NCBI GenBank assembly: GCA_951406725.2
Contig: OX597838.1
Coordinates: 30,938,001-31,002,000 of the forward strand
Reading direction: 5' to 3'
DNA from: Octopus vulgaris
Lineage: Eukaryota
DNA length: 64,000 nucleotides
The notes under the pieces were generated by a model. That model did not search any database. It was not told where the DNA came from and saw only the letters and a list, made by a program, of their open reading frames with translations. This document shows, in pieces, positions 25,941 through 39,327 of the stretch (the first letter of the stretch is position 1; every line of letters starts with the position of its first letter). Position numbers and translations under genes: made by a program.

Positions 25941-25997
25941 GCTGGCATATACAGGTGCATTACACTTATCAAATATTCACCTTGAATTTATTGTATA

Positions 25998-26037
<40 letters not shown>

Positions 26038-26074
26038 GTGTGTGTGTATATACATATATATATATATATATACA

Positions 26075-26135
<61 letters not shown>

Positions 26136-26508
26136 GCATATGTATATATGTTCATGTGTGTGTGCATATATATATATATAATGTACACATACATGTACAT
26201 ATATATACACAGGCATGCATCAACTGTGTTTCATGGCAAAAGACATGTTATAATTTAACTTGTTTAAAAATTTTGTTTTCTTTTTCTATTAATATCAGTT
26301 TTACATTTAATGTGTGTCGACGGAATTCTATTCAATTTGTTCTTCTTCTTCTCGTTGTCTGTGTGCGTGTGTGAGTGCCGGAGTATGTGTGGGGTCTTTT
26401 TTTTATTTTTTTAAGACTCTGATATATTTCCGCATCTAGACTCACCTTTTCAAATATTGTTCCGCTAATTAAATCGCATTCAAAATGTACTGTTTGAGGT
26501 GAGGTAAG

Positions 26509-26560
<52 letters not shown>

Positions 26561-26635
26561 CACGTTTGTGTGTATACACATATAAATATATGTATGTGTA
26601 GATGCATGTATAAATTCCAATATATGCATGTGTGT

Positions 26636-26677
<42 letters not shown>

Positions 26678-26783
26678 CGATATATATATATATATATACA
26701 CATACATATACATATGTGTGTATACACTTAAATGTACGTGTACAAACTTATGTATATATACACACACATACTTATGTGTATGA

Positions 26784-26824
<41 letters not shown>

Positions 26825-27218
26825 CATGTGTGTGCGTGTAAACACGTACATGTATATATTTCTATATATGTATGTGTAGATGTATGTATAAATTTCAATA
26901 TATGTATGTCTATATCTGTATATATATGTGTGTGTGTGAGTGTGTGCAGGTGTATATGTATATATCTATGAGTCTGTACATATATGGATGTGTATATACA
27001 TAGGAAAAATAGATTTGTTTTTTTTTTTAAAATTTGGGGAGGGGGTTAAAGCACTTTCATTTTCTACTTCTCATCCTCCCCCTCTTTCATCATCATCATC
27101 ATCATCACCACTTTCTCCTTCACCTTCTTCCTCTTGTTCCCTTTCCCCCCCTCCTCTTCACAGAAGTTACATGCTTTTTCTCTTCATCAACTCACAAAAA
27201 GAAAGACCACTACTCTAA

Positions 27219-27616
27219 CTCTTTTACTCTTTTACTTGTTTCAGTCATTTGACTGCGGCCATGCTGGAGCACCACCTTTAGTCGAGCAAATCGACCCCGG
27301 GACTTATTCTTTGTAAGCCCAGTACTTATTCTATCGGTCTCTTTTGCCGAACCGCTAAGTGACGGGGACGTAAACACACAAGCATCGGTAGTCAAGCAAT
27401 GCTAGGGGACAAACACAGACACTCAAACACACACATATATATATACATATATACGACAGGCTTCTTTCAGTTTTCGTCTACCAAATCCACTCACAAGGCA
27501 TTGGTCGGCCCGGAGCTATAGCAGAAGACACTTGCCCAAGGTGCCACGCAGTGGGACTGAACCCGGAACCATGTGGTTGGGAAGCAAGCTACTTACCACA
27601 CAGCCACAACTGCGCC
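27219..27616 (-). mobile_element. Family A SINE (full length)
   Basis: Matches family A end to end. Confidence 0.92.
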
Positions 27617-28212
27617 TATTTTTTTTTATTATTTTACCTTTACAGGTGAAAAGAAAACCCAACAAAACTAACCCAAAAAAAACAACAAATATTCAATAAA
27701 AAAAAAAAAATAGAATAAAATAAAATAAACAAAATCTACCCAAAAAAAAAAGCACAAAAAAAGCCAACAACATCACAGAAATAAATCCACCTTACTTTCT
27801 GCTATCATTGTAAAACTCTCCGAGATGTGGTATCGAATTTTGACATCATTTTACCTCACCAAATTCTGACACGTGTGTAATCAGCATGTTATATATTATA
27901 TATCATTCCTTTTCTTTTTTTCCCCCCTTCCATTTCTTGTTTGAATTTTTCTATAATTTATTCATTTGATGTTGTTGTTGTTGTTGTTGTTTGTACGTAA
28001 GGAGGAATATGGGGGTGGGGGGGGGTGGAGACGGCGAAGCTTAAGGGGTCGGTGACATTTTGCACTGCAACAGGAATGCGTTTAAATTTACTGTGCTATA
28101 AACTGTGTTGGCTGGTGTTGTTGTTCCTGTACCTATTTTAAAAAATTTTTTCCCCTTCACATGTCAAAGAAGTTATACTTACCGCATGCCCATATATATA
28201 TATATAGATACA

Positions 28213-28262
<50 letters not shown>

Positions 28263-28395
28263 CCTATATACATATATATATATATACACACCTATATATA
28301 TATATTTAAAAACACACATTCATATATACACACACACACACATATATATGTGTATCATCATCATCATATATATGTATCTATGTGTATATACATAC

Positions 28396-28429
<34 letters not shown>

Positions 28430-28633
28430 TGGTTTATGATAAGCAGTGTCAAATTTTATAATTTTGTAAATAATAATGATAGTATATTATAAGCTTAAAG
28501 TCTATAAAATACAATTAATATACATACACACACATACGTATATATATATATACACATTTATATATACACATATATATATATACATATATATATGCATATA
28601 TTTATATACAAACATATATATATATACATACAC

Positions 28634-28749
<116 letters not shown>

Positions 28750-28899
28750 CATACATATACATACATACATATACATACATACAAACATATACATATAATG
28801 TACCTACGTGTGATGTGTATTTGCTCGACTAAAGGCGGTGCCCAGCATGGCCGCAGTCAAATGACTGAAACAAGTAAAAGAGTATATATATGTATATTC

Positions 28900-29283
28900 C
28901 TTTATTCTTTTACTTGATACAAACATTTGACTGCGGCCATGCTGGAGCACTGCCTTTAGTCGAACAAATCAACCCCAGGACTTATTCTATGTAAACCTAG
29001 TACATATTCTATCGGCCTCTTTTGTTGAACTGCTAAGTTACAGGGAGGTAACAAACCAGCATTGGTTGTCACGCGATGGTGGGGAGGACAAACACAGACA
29101 CAGACACACACACACATATATGTATGTATGTATACACGACAGGCTTCTTTCAGTTTCCGTCAAGCAAATCCATTCACAAGACTTTGATCAGCTTCAGTTT
29201 GTAGTAGAAGGTGCCATGCAGTGGGACTGAACCTGGAACCATGTGGTTGGGAAGCAAGCTACTTACCACACAGCCACACCCAC
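28900..29283 (-). mobile_element. Family A SINE, diverged
   Basis: Recognisable tail, body and head with more substitutions. Confidence 0.85.
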
Positions 29284-29817
29284 ATATAAATCTTCTCTCT
29301 TTTATCTTTTACTTGTCTCAGTCATTGGACTGTGGCCATGCTGGGGCATCACTTTGAAGGGTTTAGTTGAACAAGTTGACCCCAGTACTTAATTTTCATG
29401 TCAGGTCCTTATTTTATCATTCTCTTTTTGCCAAACTGCTAAGTTACAAGGGTGTAAACAGGTTGTTAAGCAGAGGTATAGGACAAGCACACATACACAC
29501 ACACACTCACAAATAAATGGAAAGCTCTTGAACATGGGTCTACGGGGTCAGAGGTCAACAACCACAACAGAGAACACAGCATAGTACAACAGAAGGAGTC
29601 ACTACGAGGTCACTTAATTGGCTAGAAATAGCAGCTAAATTTTCCTCCAGACGACACTTCACCAACTGGATAATATCATCCGGGGGAACACTACATAGTG
29701 ACTAAAAAGGAAGGAGTGTCGTGGCTGGATTGGGATTGACTGGAAGTTGTCTGAACGCAAGCCTGCTCACTGCTCAATGAGGTTTGACTCAACCTAGGCT
29801 TAAAAGAACAACACAAT

Positions 29818-30000
29818 ACCTATTTCTTTATTACCCACAAGGGGCTAAACACAGAGGGGACAAACAAGGACAGACATAGGTATTAAGTCGATAACATCGA
29901 CCCCAGTGCCTAACTGGTACTTAATTTATCGACCCCGAAAGGATGAAAGGCAAAGTCGACCTCGGTGGAATTTGAACTCAGAACATAACGACAGACGCAA
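29818..30000 (-). mobile_element. Family B SINE, 5'-truncated
   Basis: Tail through B box present. Confidence 0.88.
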
Positions 30001-30109
30001 AATCGATGAGGTACCATATCTACTGAGATAGTGATTGTGGGTGGGGGGGGTTCAGGCTGAGGGTGTTCCGTGGGGAGGGCGTGGTGGAAATGAGAACACA
30101 CTAAGTCAT

Positions 30110-30158
30110 GCACACATACACACACACACACGCTCTCACACACACACACACACACACT

Positions 30159-30198
<40 letters not shown>

Positions 30199-30238
30199 CA
30201 CACACACACACTCTCTCTCACACACACACACACACACT

Positions 30239-30330
<92 letters not shown>
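30110..30330. repeat. Long (CA)n microsatellite with CTCT interruptions
   Basis: Direct. Confidence 0.95.
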
Positions 30331-30332
<2 letters not shown>

Positions 30333-30553
30333 TACCTACACAGCATGTCTTTTTTGTGATGGTTGCTTCTAATAATAGTCATTGTAGATACCCAGCCACC
30401 TGTAACACCTCTTTGTATACTGAAGTACAACAGTATGTGGTGTACTCTAAACATCTGTACTCTTAAAAGGTAATTTTCAGCAAGAAGAAGCACCAAGGTA
30501 CCAAGCACTACAGAGTTATCTACATATATGTTGTTGCAGTTGTCCGCTCACAC

Positions 30554-30612
<59 letters not shown>

Positions 30613-30868
30613 AAAAATATATATAAAAAAATACAAAATGGGACAAGAACGCAAAACATTCAAGTAGCCGACAAAAATAAAGGAGGGGTCATTCGAAGCC
30701 TCTAATCTTCAGTCAAGAACCGGATCATCCTTGCAAATTTCAGCTGATATATATATACACATATATGTTTATATATATGTATATGTATATATATGAATAT
30801 ATAATGTATGTATATATGTATGTATGTATATATGTATATATATATAATATATGTATATATATATAATG

Positions 30869-30917
<49 letters not shown>

Positions 30918-31158
30918 ATATATATGTATGTATATATGTATATATATATATATGTATGTATATATGTATATATATATATGTATGTATATATATATATGTA
31001 TATATTATATGTAATATATATGTACATATATGTATGTGTGTGAGTGTGTATGTATGTATGTATATATATATATATGTATATATTATATGTAATATGTATG
31101 TACATATATGTATGCATGTGAGTGTATGTGTATGTATATATATATAGAGAGAGAGAGA

Positions 31159-31320
31159 GGTACAGGAGTGGCTGTGTGGTAAGAAGCTAGCTACCCAACC
31201 ACATGGTTCTGGGTTCAGTCCCACTGCATGGCACCTTTCGCAAGTGTCTTCTACTATATCCTGGGGCTGACCAAAGCCTTGTGCATGGATTTGGTAGACA
31301 GAATCTGAAACAAGCCTGTC

Positions 31321-31359
<39 letters not shown>

Positions 31360-31555
31360 TGCGTGAGTGTGTGTGTGTTTGTTGACCCATCAACATTTGA
31401 CAACCAGTGTTGGGGTGTTTACATCCCCGTAACTTAGCAGTTCAGCAAAAGACGCTGATAGAATAAGTACTGGTTTTGATTCATTCGACTAAAAATTCAA
31501 GGTGGTGCCCCAGCATGGCCACAGTCAACCGACCGAGACAGGTAAAAGATAAAAG
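31159..31555 (+). mobile_element. Family A SINE, diverged
   Basis: A/B boxes and tail recognisable. Confidence 0.85.
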
Positions 31556-31996
31556 ACATGTACGTAATGTACTGTATCAGGTGAGAGATAAATATTTGAT
31601 AAACACAATACGTGTTTTTATGCGCTATATATATATATATATATATATACAGGTGTGTTGGTGCAAACAGGTAAAATAGAACTCGGGAAATGTGAATATA
31701 GGTATCTTTTTTCACTCTTTTGCTTTGTTTCGGTCATGTGACTGTGGCCATGCTGGAACACCGCCTTTAGTCAAGCAAATCGGCCCCAGGACTTATTCTT
31801 TGTAAGCCTAATACTTATTCTATCGATCTCTTTTGCCGAACCGCTAATTTACGGGGATATAAACACACCAACATCGGTTGTCAAGCGATGGAGCGGGGAC
31901 AAACACAGAGAGAATATTACACTGGTACAGGTAAGTAATACTTATGAATGATGACAGTTGCATCAAGAGGTGTTCTTTGGGGTTTGAACGATTCGC

Positions 31997-32323
31997 CATG
32001 TGTTCAGAAGAATTCTTTGGGATTTGGATAATTTACCTTTAAAAACATGGGTGTTTCATTCAAAATCCTTAAACAACCATTATTCAGGGACCTTTTGAGC
32101 GGGATGGGCTGCTTGGGCTGCTCAACCTCAAAAATATTCTAACTGGGCCCCACCTGCAAGGTCATGCGCTGTTAACTTGATATGAGATCACCATGTCATG
32201 CACATTTGGTTGTGATGCATGTGCCTAGTGTACCCTTATCAGACGGGTAGTCATGATGGGTATACTGGGCTTCGTATATTTTACCCCAGTGTCAACTTGA
32301 TGGTATGCACTGCTCTCTCACTT
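31997..32323 (+). mobile_element. Family E 3' fragment followed by long (AAT)n
   Basis: Similarity to 22803-23360 and 40416-40960. Confidence 0.8.
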
Positions 32324-32350
32324 AATAATAATAGTAATAATAATAATAAT

Positions 32351-32385
<35 letters not shown>

Positions 32386-32408
32386 TAATAATAATGATAA
32401 TAATAATG

Positions 32409-32449
<41 letters not shown>

Positions 32450-32550
32450 TGTGAAAGGAACCTGTGGAAGAAGTAGGCCCGTACATAAACATTAGTGCAG
32501 CGTGGCTTAGATGATTAAAATTTTGTGAAACAGAGTCAAACCTAGTCATA

Positions 32551-32752
32551 TACTCTTTTACTTGTTTCAGTCATTTGACTGCGGCCATGCTGGAGCACCG
32601 CTTTTAGTCGAGCAAATCGACCCCGGGACTTATTCTTTGTAAGCCTAGTACTTATTCTACCGGTCTCTTTTGCCGAAACCGCTAAGTGACGGGGACGTAA
32701 ACACACCAGCATCGGTTGTCAAGCAATGCTAAGGGGACAAACACACACACAT

Positions 32753-32799
<47 letters not shown>

Positions 32800-33211
32800 T
32801 ACGACAGGCTTCTTTCAGTTTCCGTCTACCAAATCCACTTACAATGCATTGGTCGGCCCGGGGCTATAGCAGAAGGCACTTGCCCAAGATGCCACGCAGT
32901 GGGACTGAACCCGGTACCATGTGGTTGGTAAGCAAGCTACTTACCACACAGCCACTCCTGCACCTGTAGAAATACACTGCCTTATTTTCAATTAAATTTC
33001 AAAATAATGAAGAATTAAGTAAATTAACATTTCTGTAATTAAACTAGTATTTGAAAGATAATTTAACATGAAATACTATCATAGAAGCCAAGAATTAGTC
33101 ACAGGTAGGTTGGTATCAAAATACCTTTTTGTTACCATATTTCGCCTATGTTGTCAAGCAACGCTAGAGGGACAAAAACAGACACACAAACATATACACA
33201 CACATACATAC

Positions 33212-33244
<33 letters not shown>

Positions 33245-33425
33245 CATATATACATATATACGACAGGCTTCTTTCAGTTTCCGTCTACCAAATCCACTCA
33301 CAAGGCATTGGTCGGCCCGGGGCCATAGCAGAAGACACTTGCCCAAGATGCCACGCAGTGGGACTGAACCCGGTACCATGTGGTTGGTTAGCAAGCTACT
33401 TACCACACAGCCACTCCTGCGCCTA
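32551..33425 (-). mobile_element. Family A SINE with duplicated head region and captured foreign flank
   Basis: SINE 32551-32965, 187 bp matching 56488-56674, then SINE resumes 33150-33425. Confidence 0.85.
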
Positions 33426-34238
33426 TATATTTAGAATTGACATATAAGGGAGCTGAATATTTCAGAGCGAGAGAGAGAGAGAACGCAGGCGAGAGAGAGA
33501 GAGAACGCAGGCGAGAGAGAGAGAGAATGCAGGCGAGAGAGAGAGAGAGAGAACGCCGGCAAGAGAGAGAGAGGGTGAGAAAGCAGGTGAGAGAGAGAGA
33601 GAGAGAGTTGTACTCTTAACATAATTCTTTGGTAGAATGACCATGACATGCATCATAACGAACAACAAACGTTGCCTTTTGAATTACAGGTACACACACT
33701 CCATCATCTGACTGACCTTGCACGTAACTTTTCCACCTCTCTGATTGGATTTCACTGACAACACAACAACTACACCCCACCCAACGGGCACAGCAACAAC
33801 AACAAAACGAAAAACAAAAGCACTTATCTAAAGTGCACAACGAGGGCATTGAACTTGAGACCTCTCTGATAACAAACTGAGATCCTGAACAGCCAGCCTA
33901 ACACCATACTCTGTACTCTTAAACCCACACCTTTAACTAACGAGGAATCCATTACACCAAGTGCTACACAAAGGTGTCTTTTCTCTTTTTTTTTTATCTT
34001 TTACCTGTTTTTCAGTCATTAGATTATGGTCATGCTGGAGCACTGCTTTGAAGAATTATTAGTTGAATGAATTAACCCTAGTATTCATATATTTTTTTAA
34101 ATGCCTACTACTTTCTCAATTGGTCCCTTTTTGCCAAACCACTCAATTATTGGGACATAAACACACCAACACCGGTTGTCAAGCTGTGGTGGGGTTGGTT
34201 GGGCAAACATACACACAAAGACACTCACTGATATATCT

Positions 34239-34845
34239 CATCATCATCATCGTTTAACGTTCGCTTTCCATGCTAGCATGGGTTGGACAATTTGACTGTG
34301 GGCTGGCGAACCAGATGGCTGCACCAGGCTCCAATCTGATCTGGTACAGATTCTACAGCTGGATGCCCTTCCTAACGCCAACCACTCCGAGAGTGTAGAG
34401 GGTGCTTTTACATGCCACCGGCACGAGGGCCAATCAGGCGGTACAGGCAACGGCCACACTCAAATGGTGCTTTTTATGTGCCACCTGCACAGGAGCCAGT
34501 CCAGCGGCACTGGGAACAACCTCGCTCAATCATCATTAAACGTCTGCTTTCCATGCTGGGATGGATTGGACGGTTTGACAGGAGCTGGCTAGGCGTGGGG
34601 TGGGGCTGCACCATGCTCCACTGTCCGTTTCTGGCATGGTTTTGATGGCTGGATGCCCTTCCTGACAGCAACCACCTTACTGAGAGGACAGAACGCTTTT
34701 CATGTGGCACCAACACCAGCAAGGTCCGTTTTTGGCATGGTTTTCATGGCTGGATGCCCTTCCCAATGCCAACCACTTTAGAGGGTGACCCCAGTGATTT
34801 TTTTACGTGACACCAACACTGGCAAGGTGTGTTTTGGTATGGATT
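34239..34845 (-). mobile_element. Family D elements (one younger copy plus older fragments)
   Basis: (ATC)n tail, GCTGGATGCCCTTCC motif three times. Confidence 0.8.
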
Positions 34846-35112
34846 TTACACACTGATATATATATGTATATATATATATATGTATATATATGTATATATA
34901 TAGTTCAAATATATATATGTATATATGTAGTTCAAATTTACAAAAAAAAAAAAAAAAAAAAAACAGGTGTAAGACCAACAAGCAGGTATGTTAGTTTAAT
35001 GCTCGGGAAGAATGGAAAAGTCCACCCATGAGTAATCGATGCTAGATGTACTTCAATACAACTGTCGTGATTAATAATAAATTCTTGTATATTCCATCTT
35101 CCATCTTTCATT

Positions 35113-35149
<37 letters not shown>

Positions 35150-35151
<2 letters not shown>

Positions 35152-35342
35152 CACAGGAGTGGCTGTGTAGTAAGTAGCTTGCTTACCAACTACATGGTTC
35201 CAGGTTCAGTCCCACTGCGTAGCACCTTGGGCAAGTGTCTTCTACTATAGCCTCGGGCTGACCAAAGCCTTGTGAGTGGATTTGGTAGACGGAAAAACTG
35301 GAAGAAGCCTGTCATATATGTATATGTATATATATATATATA

Positions 35343-35391
<49 letters not shown>

Positions 35392-35551
35392 GTGTCTATT
35401 TGTCCCCCAACATCACTTGACAACCAATGTTGGTGTGTTTACGTCCCCGTAACTTAGCGGTTCAGCAAAAAAGACCGATACAATAAGTACTATGCTTACA
35501 AAGAATAAGTCCTGGAGTCAATCTGTTCGACCAAAGGCAGTGCTCCAGCAT
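35150..35551 (+). mobile_element. Family A SINE
   Basis: Full head, tail truncated. Confidence 0.9.
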
Positions 35552-35633
35552 ACATTTGAAATAATTACGATGATAGAGAATATGGAAACTGGTACATCCT
35601 TGCAATTTATTTCTTTTAATTTTATCATAAAAA

Positions 35634-36038
35634 CTAGCAATATCGCCCGGCGTTGCTCGGGTTTGTAAGTGAAATAACTATATAAGCATTTTTAGAGAGT
35701 TACTTCCCTTATATAATAGAAAAAAAATGCATTAAAAATGGGAAAAAATGATGGTAAATTTTTTTTTTAAATCATAGGCTCATCGTAGACATTTTTAGAG
35801 AGTTACTTCCCTTATATAATAGCGAAAAAATGCATTAAAAATGGGAAAGAAATGATGGTAAATTTTTTTTTAAATCAGACTCATCGTAGATGCGTGCTAA
35901 TACCCAGAAGGGCTTGATATGAATCACGACTATAAGATACCCGGTTTTGGTTAAACTGCACCGCAAAATGTGGGAGTAGTTAGGAATCTAAATCGGAGTA
36001 GACAGACACACACACAACTTCACTTTTATATATAAAGA
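35634..36038 (-). mobile_element. Non-autonomous Helitron
   Basis: Minus strand begins TCTTTATATATAAA and ends CTAG; subterminal GC hairpin at 35645-35662; sits between host A and T; internal ~100-bp tandem duplication. Confidence 0.9.
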
Positions 36039-36591
36039 TATGACATATGACATACCCTCTGTGTGTGTGTGTATTTTATCAGTGAATCTATATTTCCTTT
36101 GTCTTCATTGATTGAAAGCAATGGCCTTATCAATAATGCATGAGAAGGTGTCATTTGCTTGGGGTCCGTCGTGAAAGTGTGTTGGGGGCCACTCGGCATA
36201 TCGTGACAGGTTGTGCAAATTCCATGATCTTTGTAAACAAAAGGATTATTCAGATGATGTCATTTCTTCCCATTTCTCCAAGTAACACTTTCCGGTGGGG
36301 AAAGGTGTTCTGTTGTTCAACAAATTGGAAGGTGATTAACATCGCTTTGTAACGAGTACAATTTGGCACCGAGAAGGGTCTTTGACCGCAAGAAACTCTG
36401 TTACAAAGCATTACCATCTGATCAATGTAAGTATGGAAAAGTAGGCATTAAAACGAAGGTGATGGTGTGTATGTGGGGTGGCTCTTCATCATTTGAGTAC
36501 AAGGATTCAGTTGTTTGATCTCTGATAAATTACCTGCCCCTGAATTAGGGTCTAAGTGGCTGAGCAATCCAGATGCATGTATATCCTTTAA

Positions 36592-36813
36592 CCCTTTCGT
36601 TACCGTATTTATTTTGAGATGTTCTGTGTTTCTTTCAATTAATTTTAAATATAACAAAGAATTTAGTAAAATAACTTAGTTATCATTCAGCTAGTGTTAG
36701 GAACATAAATTGTGACTAAGATTTGGTGGAAGATTTTAATTAAAAACTTATGAAAACAAAACATTTGTACTAAAGAGCCAGAGCTGGTTTCAGCCAGGTT
36801 GGTATTGAAAGGG
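36592..36813 (+). mobile_element. piggyBac-like MITE
   Basis: TTAA TSDs; TIR CCCTTTC...GAAAGGG. Confidence 0.9.
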
Positions 36814-36844
36814 TTAAAAATTGTTTCTCTATTATATATTTTAA

Positions 36845-37054
36845 CCCTTTTGTTACCATATTTCTGTTGAGATGCTCTGTGTTTCTTTCAATTAATTTTA
36901 AATATAAGAAAGAATTTAGTAAAATAACATCGTTATCACTGAGCTAGTGTTAGGAACATAAGGTTTGGTGGAAGATTTTAATTGAGAACATTTGAAAACA
37001 AGACATTTGTACTCAGAGCCAGAGCCGGTTTCAGCCGGGTTGGTAACAAAAGGG
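36845..37054 (+). mobile_element. piggyBac-like MITE (adjacent second copy)
   Basis: TTAA TSDs; perfect 14-bp TIR CCCTTTTGTTACCA/TGGTAACAAAAGGG. Confidence 0.92.
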
Positions 37055-37940
37055 TTAAGTAATTTTGAGGGAGAAGCAGTATGATAGTGTGTATGTGTAA
37101 GTGTGAGTGTGTATGTGTGACAAGACTATATAAATCTACACACTGGGCTTCACTAAGTTTCCTTCTACCCAATTTCACTCACATTATATATATGGAGTGA
37201 CCTGAATCTCTACAAAATGACAATTGGCCAAGATACCAGCTGTGGGATCAAACCTGGGGTTTTGTGAATGCGAAGCAAACTTCTTAATTATTAGACAAAA
37301 TTGTGCCAACACACACACATGCAGAGTTAAATATGATTTGGGCAAAGCCCACCCACTGATACTGGCTACCTGATGTCACTGCCTACCTTTTAGAGGCACA
37401 TTTTACACCTTCGATGAATGATAATGATTGCACAAGATCTCACCAATGACTCATTGAAACAAATAAAAAAAGGTCATGCATTCCATGGAATGTGGCTGTT
37501 AAAAGACAATGACTAATGATGATGATGACTGATGATGACTGATGGTGACTGATGATGATATGTATGTAATATTTATGTATGTCACGCTATTTGATACTTG
37601 ATTTTAACTGAAAGACAGGGAAACAACTTAAACACAAATAAATACGATATATACATATGTGCATACACACACATATATATTATGTGAGCATGGGTGTATA
37701 AATATGTTTACAGTAGTAGAAAGATAAAAATATATATTGTTTGTATAAAGTCCTTTTTATGTTTAATAACTTAGTGGTTGACCAAATAGAGAGTGATAAA
37801 AAAAAAGTACCAATAGGGAAATATATAGCAGTACTGATGTAACTGCCCGACTGATTTTACGGTAGTGCCCCAGGGTGAAACAATTCAGTCAAGGATTGAA
37901 ACCTGTAAAATCCTAAAAGAATGTGTATATATGTATATAT

Positions 37941-38002
<62 letters not shown>

Positions 38003-38113
38003 TATATATATATATATATACACACATATATATATATATATATATACACTCTGTATGTGTGTGTACATGTATAACGAAATATGTATATATTTTGGGTTTA
38101 CCATGGGTAGAGT

Positions 38114-38193
38114 AATATGCTTTATTTAAAAGCAGCAGAAACTCAGAGTAACAGGTTTTATTGAATTTCTGCTGCTTTTAAATAAAGTATATT
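38114..38193. repeat. Palindrome with 28-bp arms
   Basis: 38114-38141 vs 38166-38193, one G-T pair. Confidence 0.9.
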
Positions 38194-38504
38194 TCTGGTT
38201 TGCAATATGTGAATATATATTTGTACATTATATAATTTTATATTAAAAAAATATATAAGCTATACGTATTTCATTTGAATGCACAATGAGTTATATCAAT
38301 ATATATTTGTATATTATGTAATTATATTTGCATATATATACATATTTATTTATATTTGTATATTATATAATTATGTCATATGTGCATATACAAGTATTTC
38401 TGTTATATAATTGCATGTACATATACACAAGTTTGTGTGTGTGCATGTATGTATATTATACACACACGAGTATGCATGTGTAGAAATATGCAAATGGTTA
38501 ACTA

Positions 38505-38548
<44 letters not shown>

Positions 38549-38740
38549 TGTGTGTCAGTGTGTACATATATAACACACACACGTGTGTGTGTGTTTGAGA
38601 CGTAGAGAGTTTAACTCATCTAAGTAGGTAGGTATGTAGTGGCAGAGCCTAAGCTCACCTCCCTCTCTCTCTCTCTCTCTCTCTCTGACTCTCACTCTGT
38701 CCCTTCTGTCCCTCTCTTTCTTAATGCTAACAGGGTAAGT

Positions 38741-38975
38741 GAAGAAGAAGAGGAAGGAGAAGAACAAGAAGGAGGAGAAGAACGAGAGGAAGAAGAAGGA
38801 GAAGAAGAAGAACAAGAGGAAGAAGAAGAAGAAGAAGAAGAAGAAGGAGAAGAAGAAGAAGAACAAGAGGAAGAAGAAGAAGAACAAGAAGAACAAGAGG
38901 AAGAAGAAGAAGAAGGAGAAGTAGAAGAAGAACAAGAAGAAGAACAAGAAGAAGAACAAGAAGAAGAAGAAGAAA
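38741..38975. repeat. (GAA)n/(GAG)n polypurine tract
   Basis: Direct. Confidence 0.95.
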
Positions 38976-39287
38976 TGCTATATTCCGTGAATAGAGAGAG
39001 ATGCGCACGCTCTGCCGCCGCCGCCTCCACCTCTGCTGCCGCCACCCTCTGCCGCCACCCGCCGCCTCTCGCTGTGTGTTCTTACCAGCAGCAACAGTAG
39101 GAATAATGGTGGTGTGCTTATAAGGACACCTGACCTGGGCAGGCAGGCAGGCAGGCAGGCAGGCAGAGCAGAGCAGAGCAGGTAGGTAGGTAGGTAAGAT
39201 GGTTGGTTGGCTGGTTGGTCGGTTGGTAGGTAGTCAGACAAGCTGGCAAGCAGGCGGACAGACGGGACTGATTGAAAAAGACGAGCG

Positions 39288-39327
<40 letters not shown>

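Noticed and set aside
38639-39100. Acidic poly-Glu protein ORF
   Set aside because: Pure (GAA)n microsatellite, GTG start, several frames open equally
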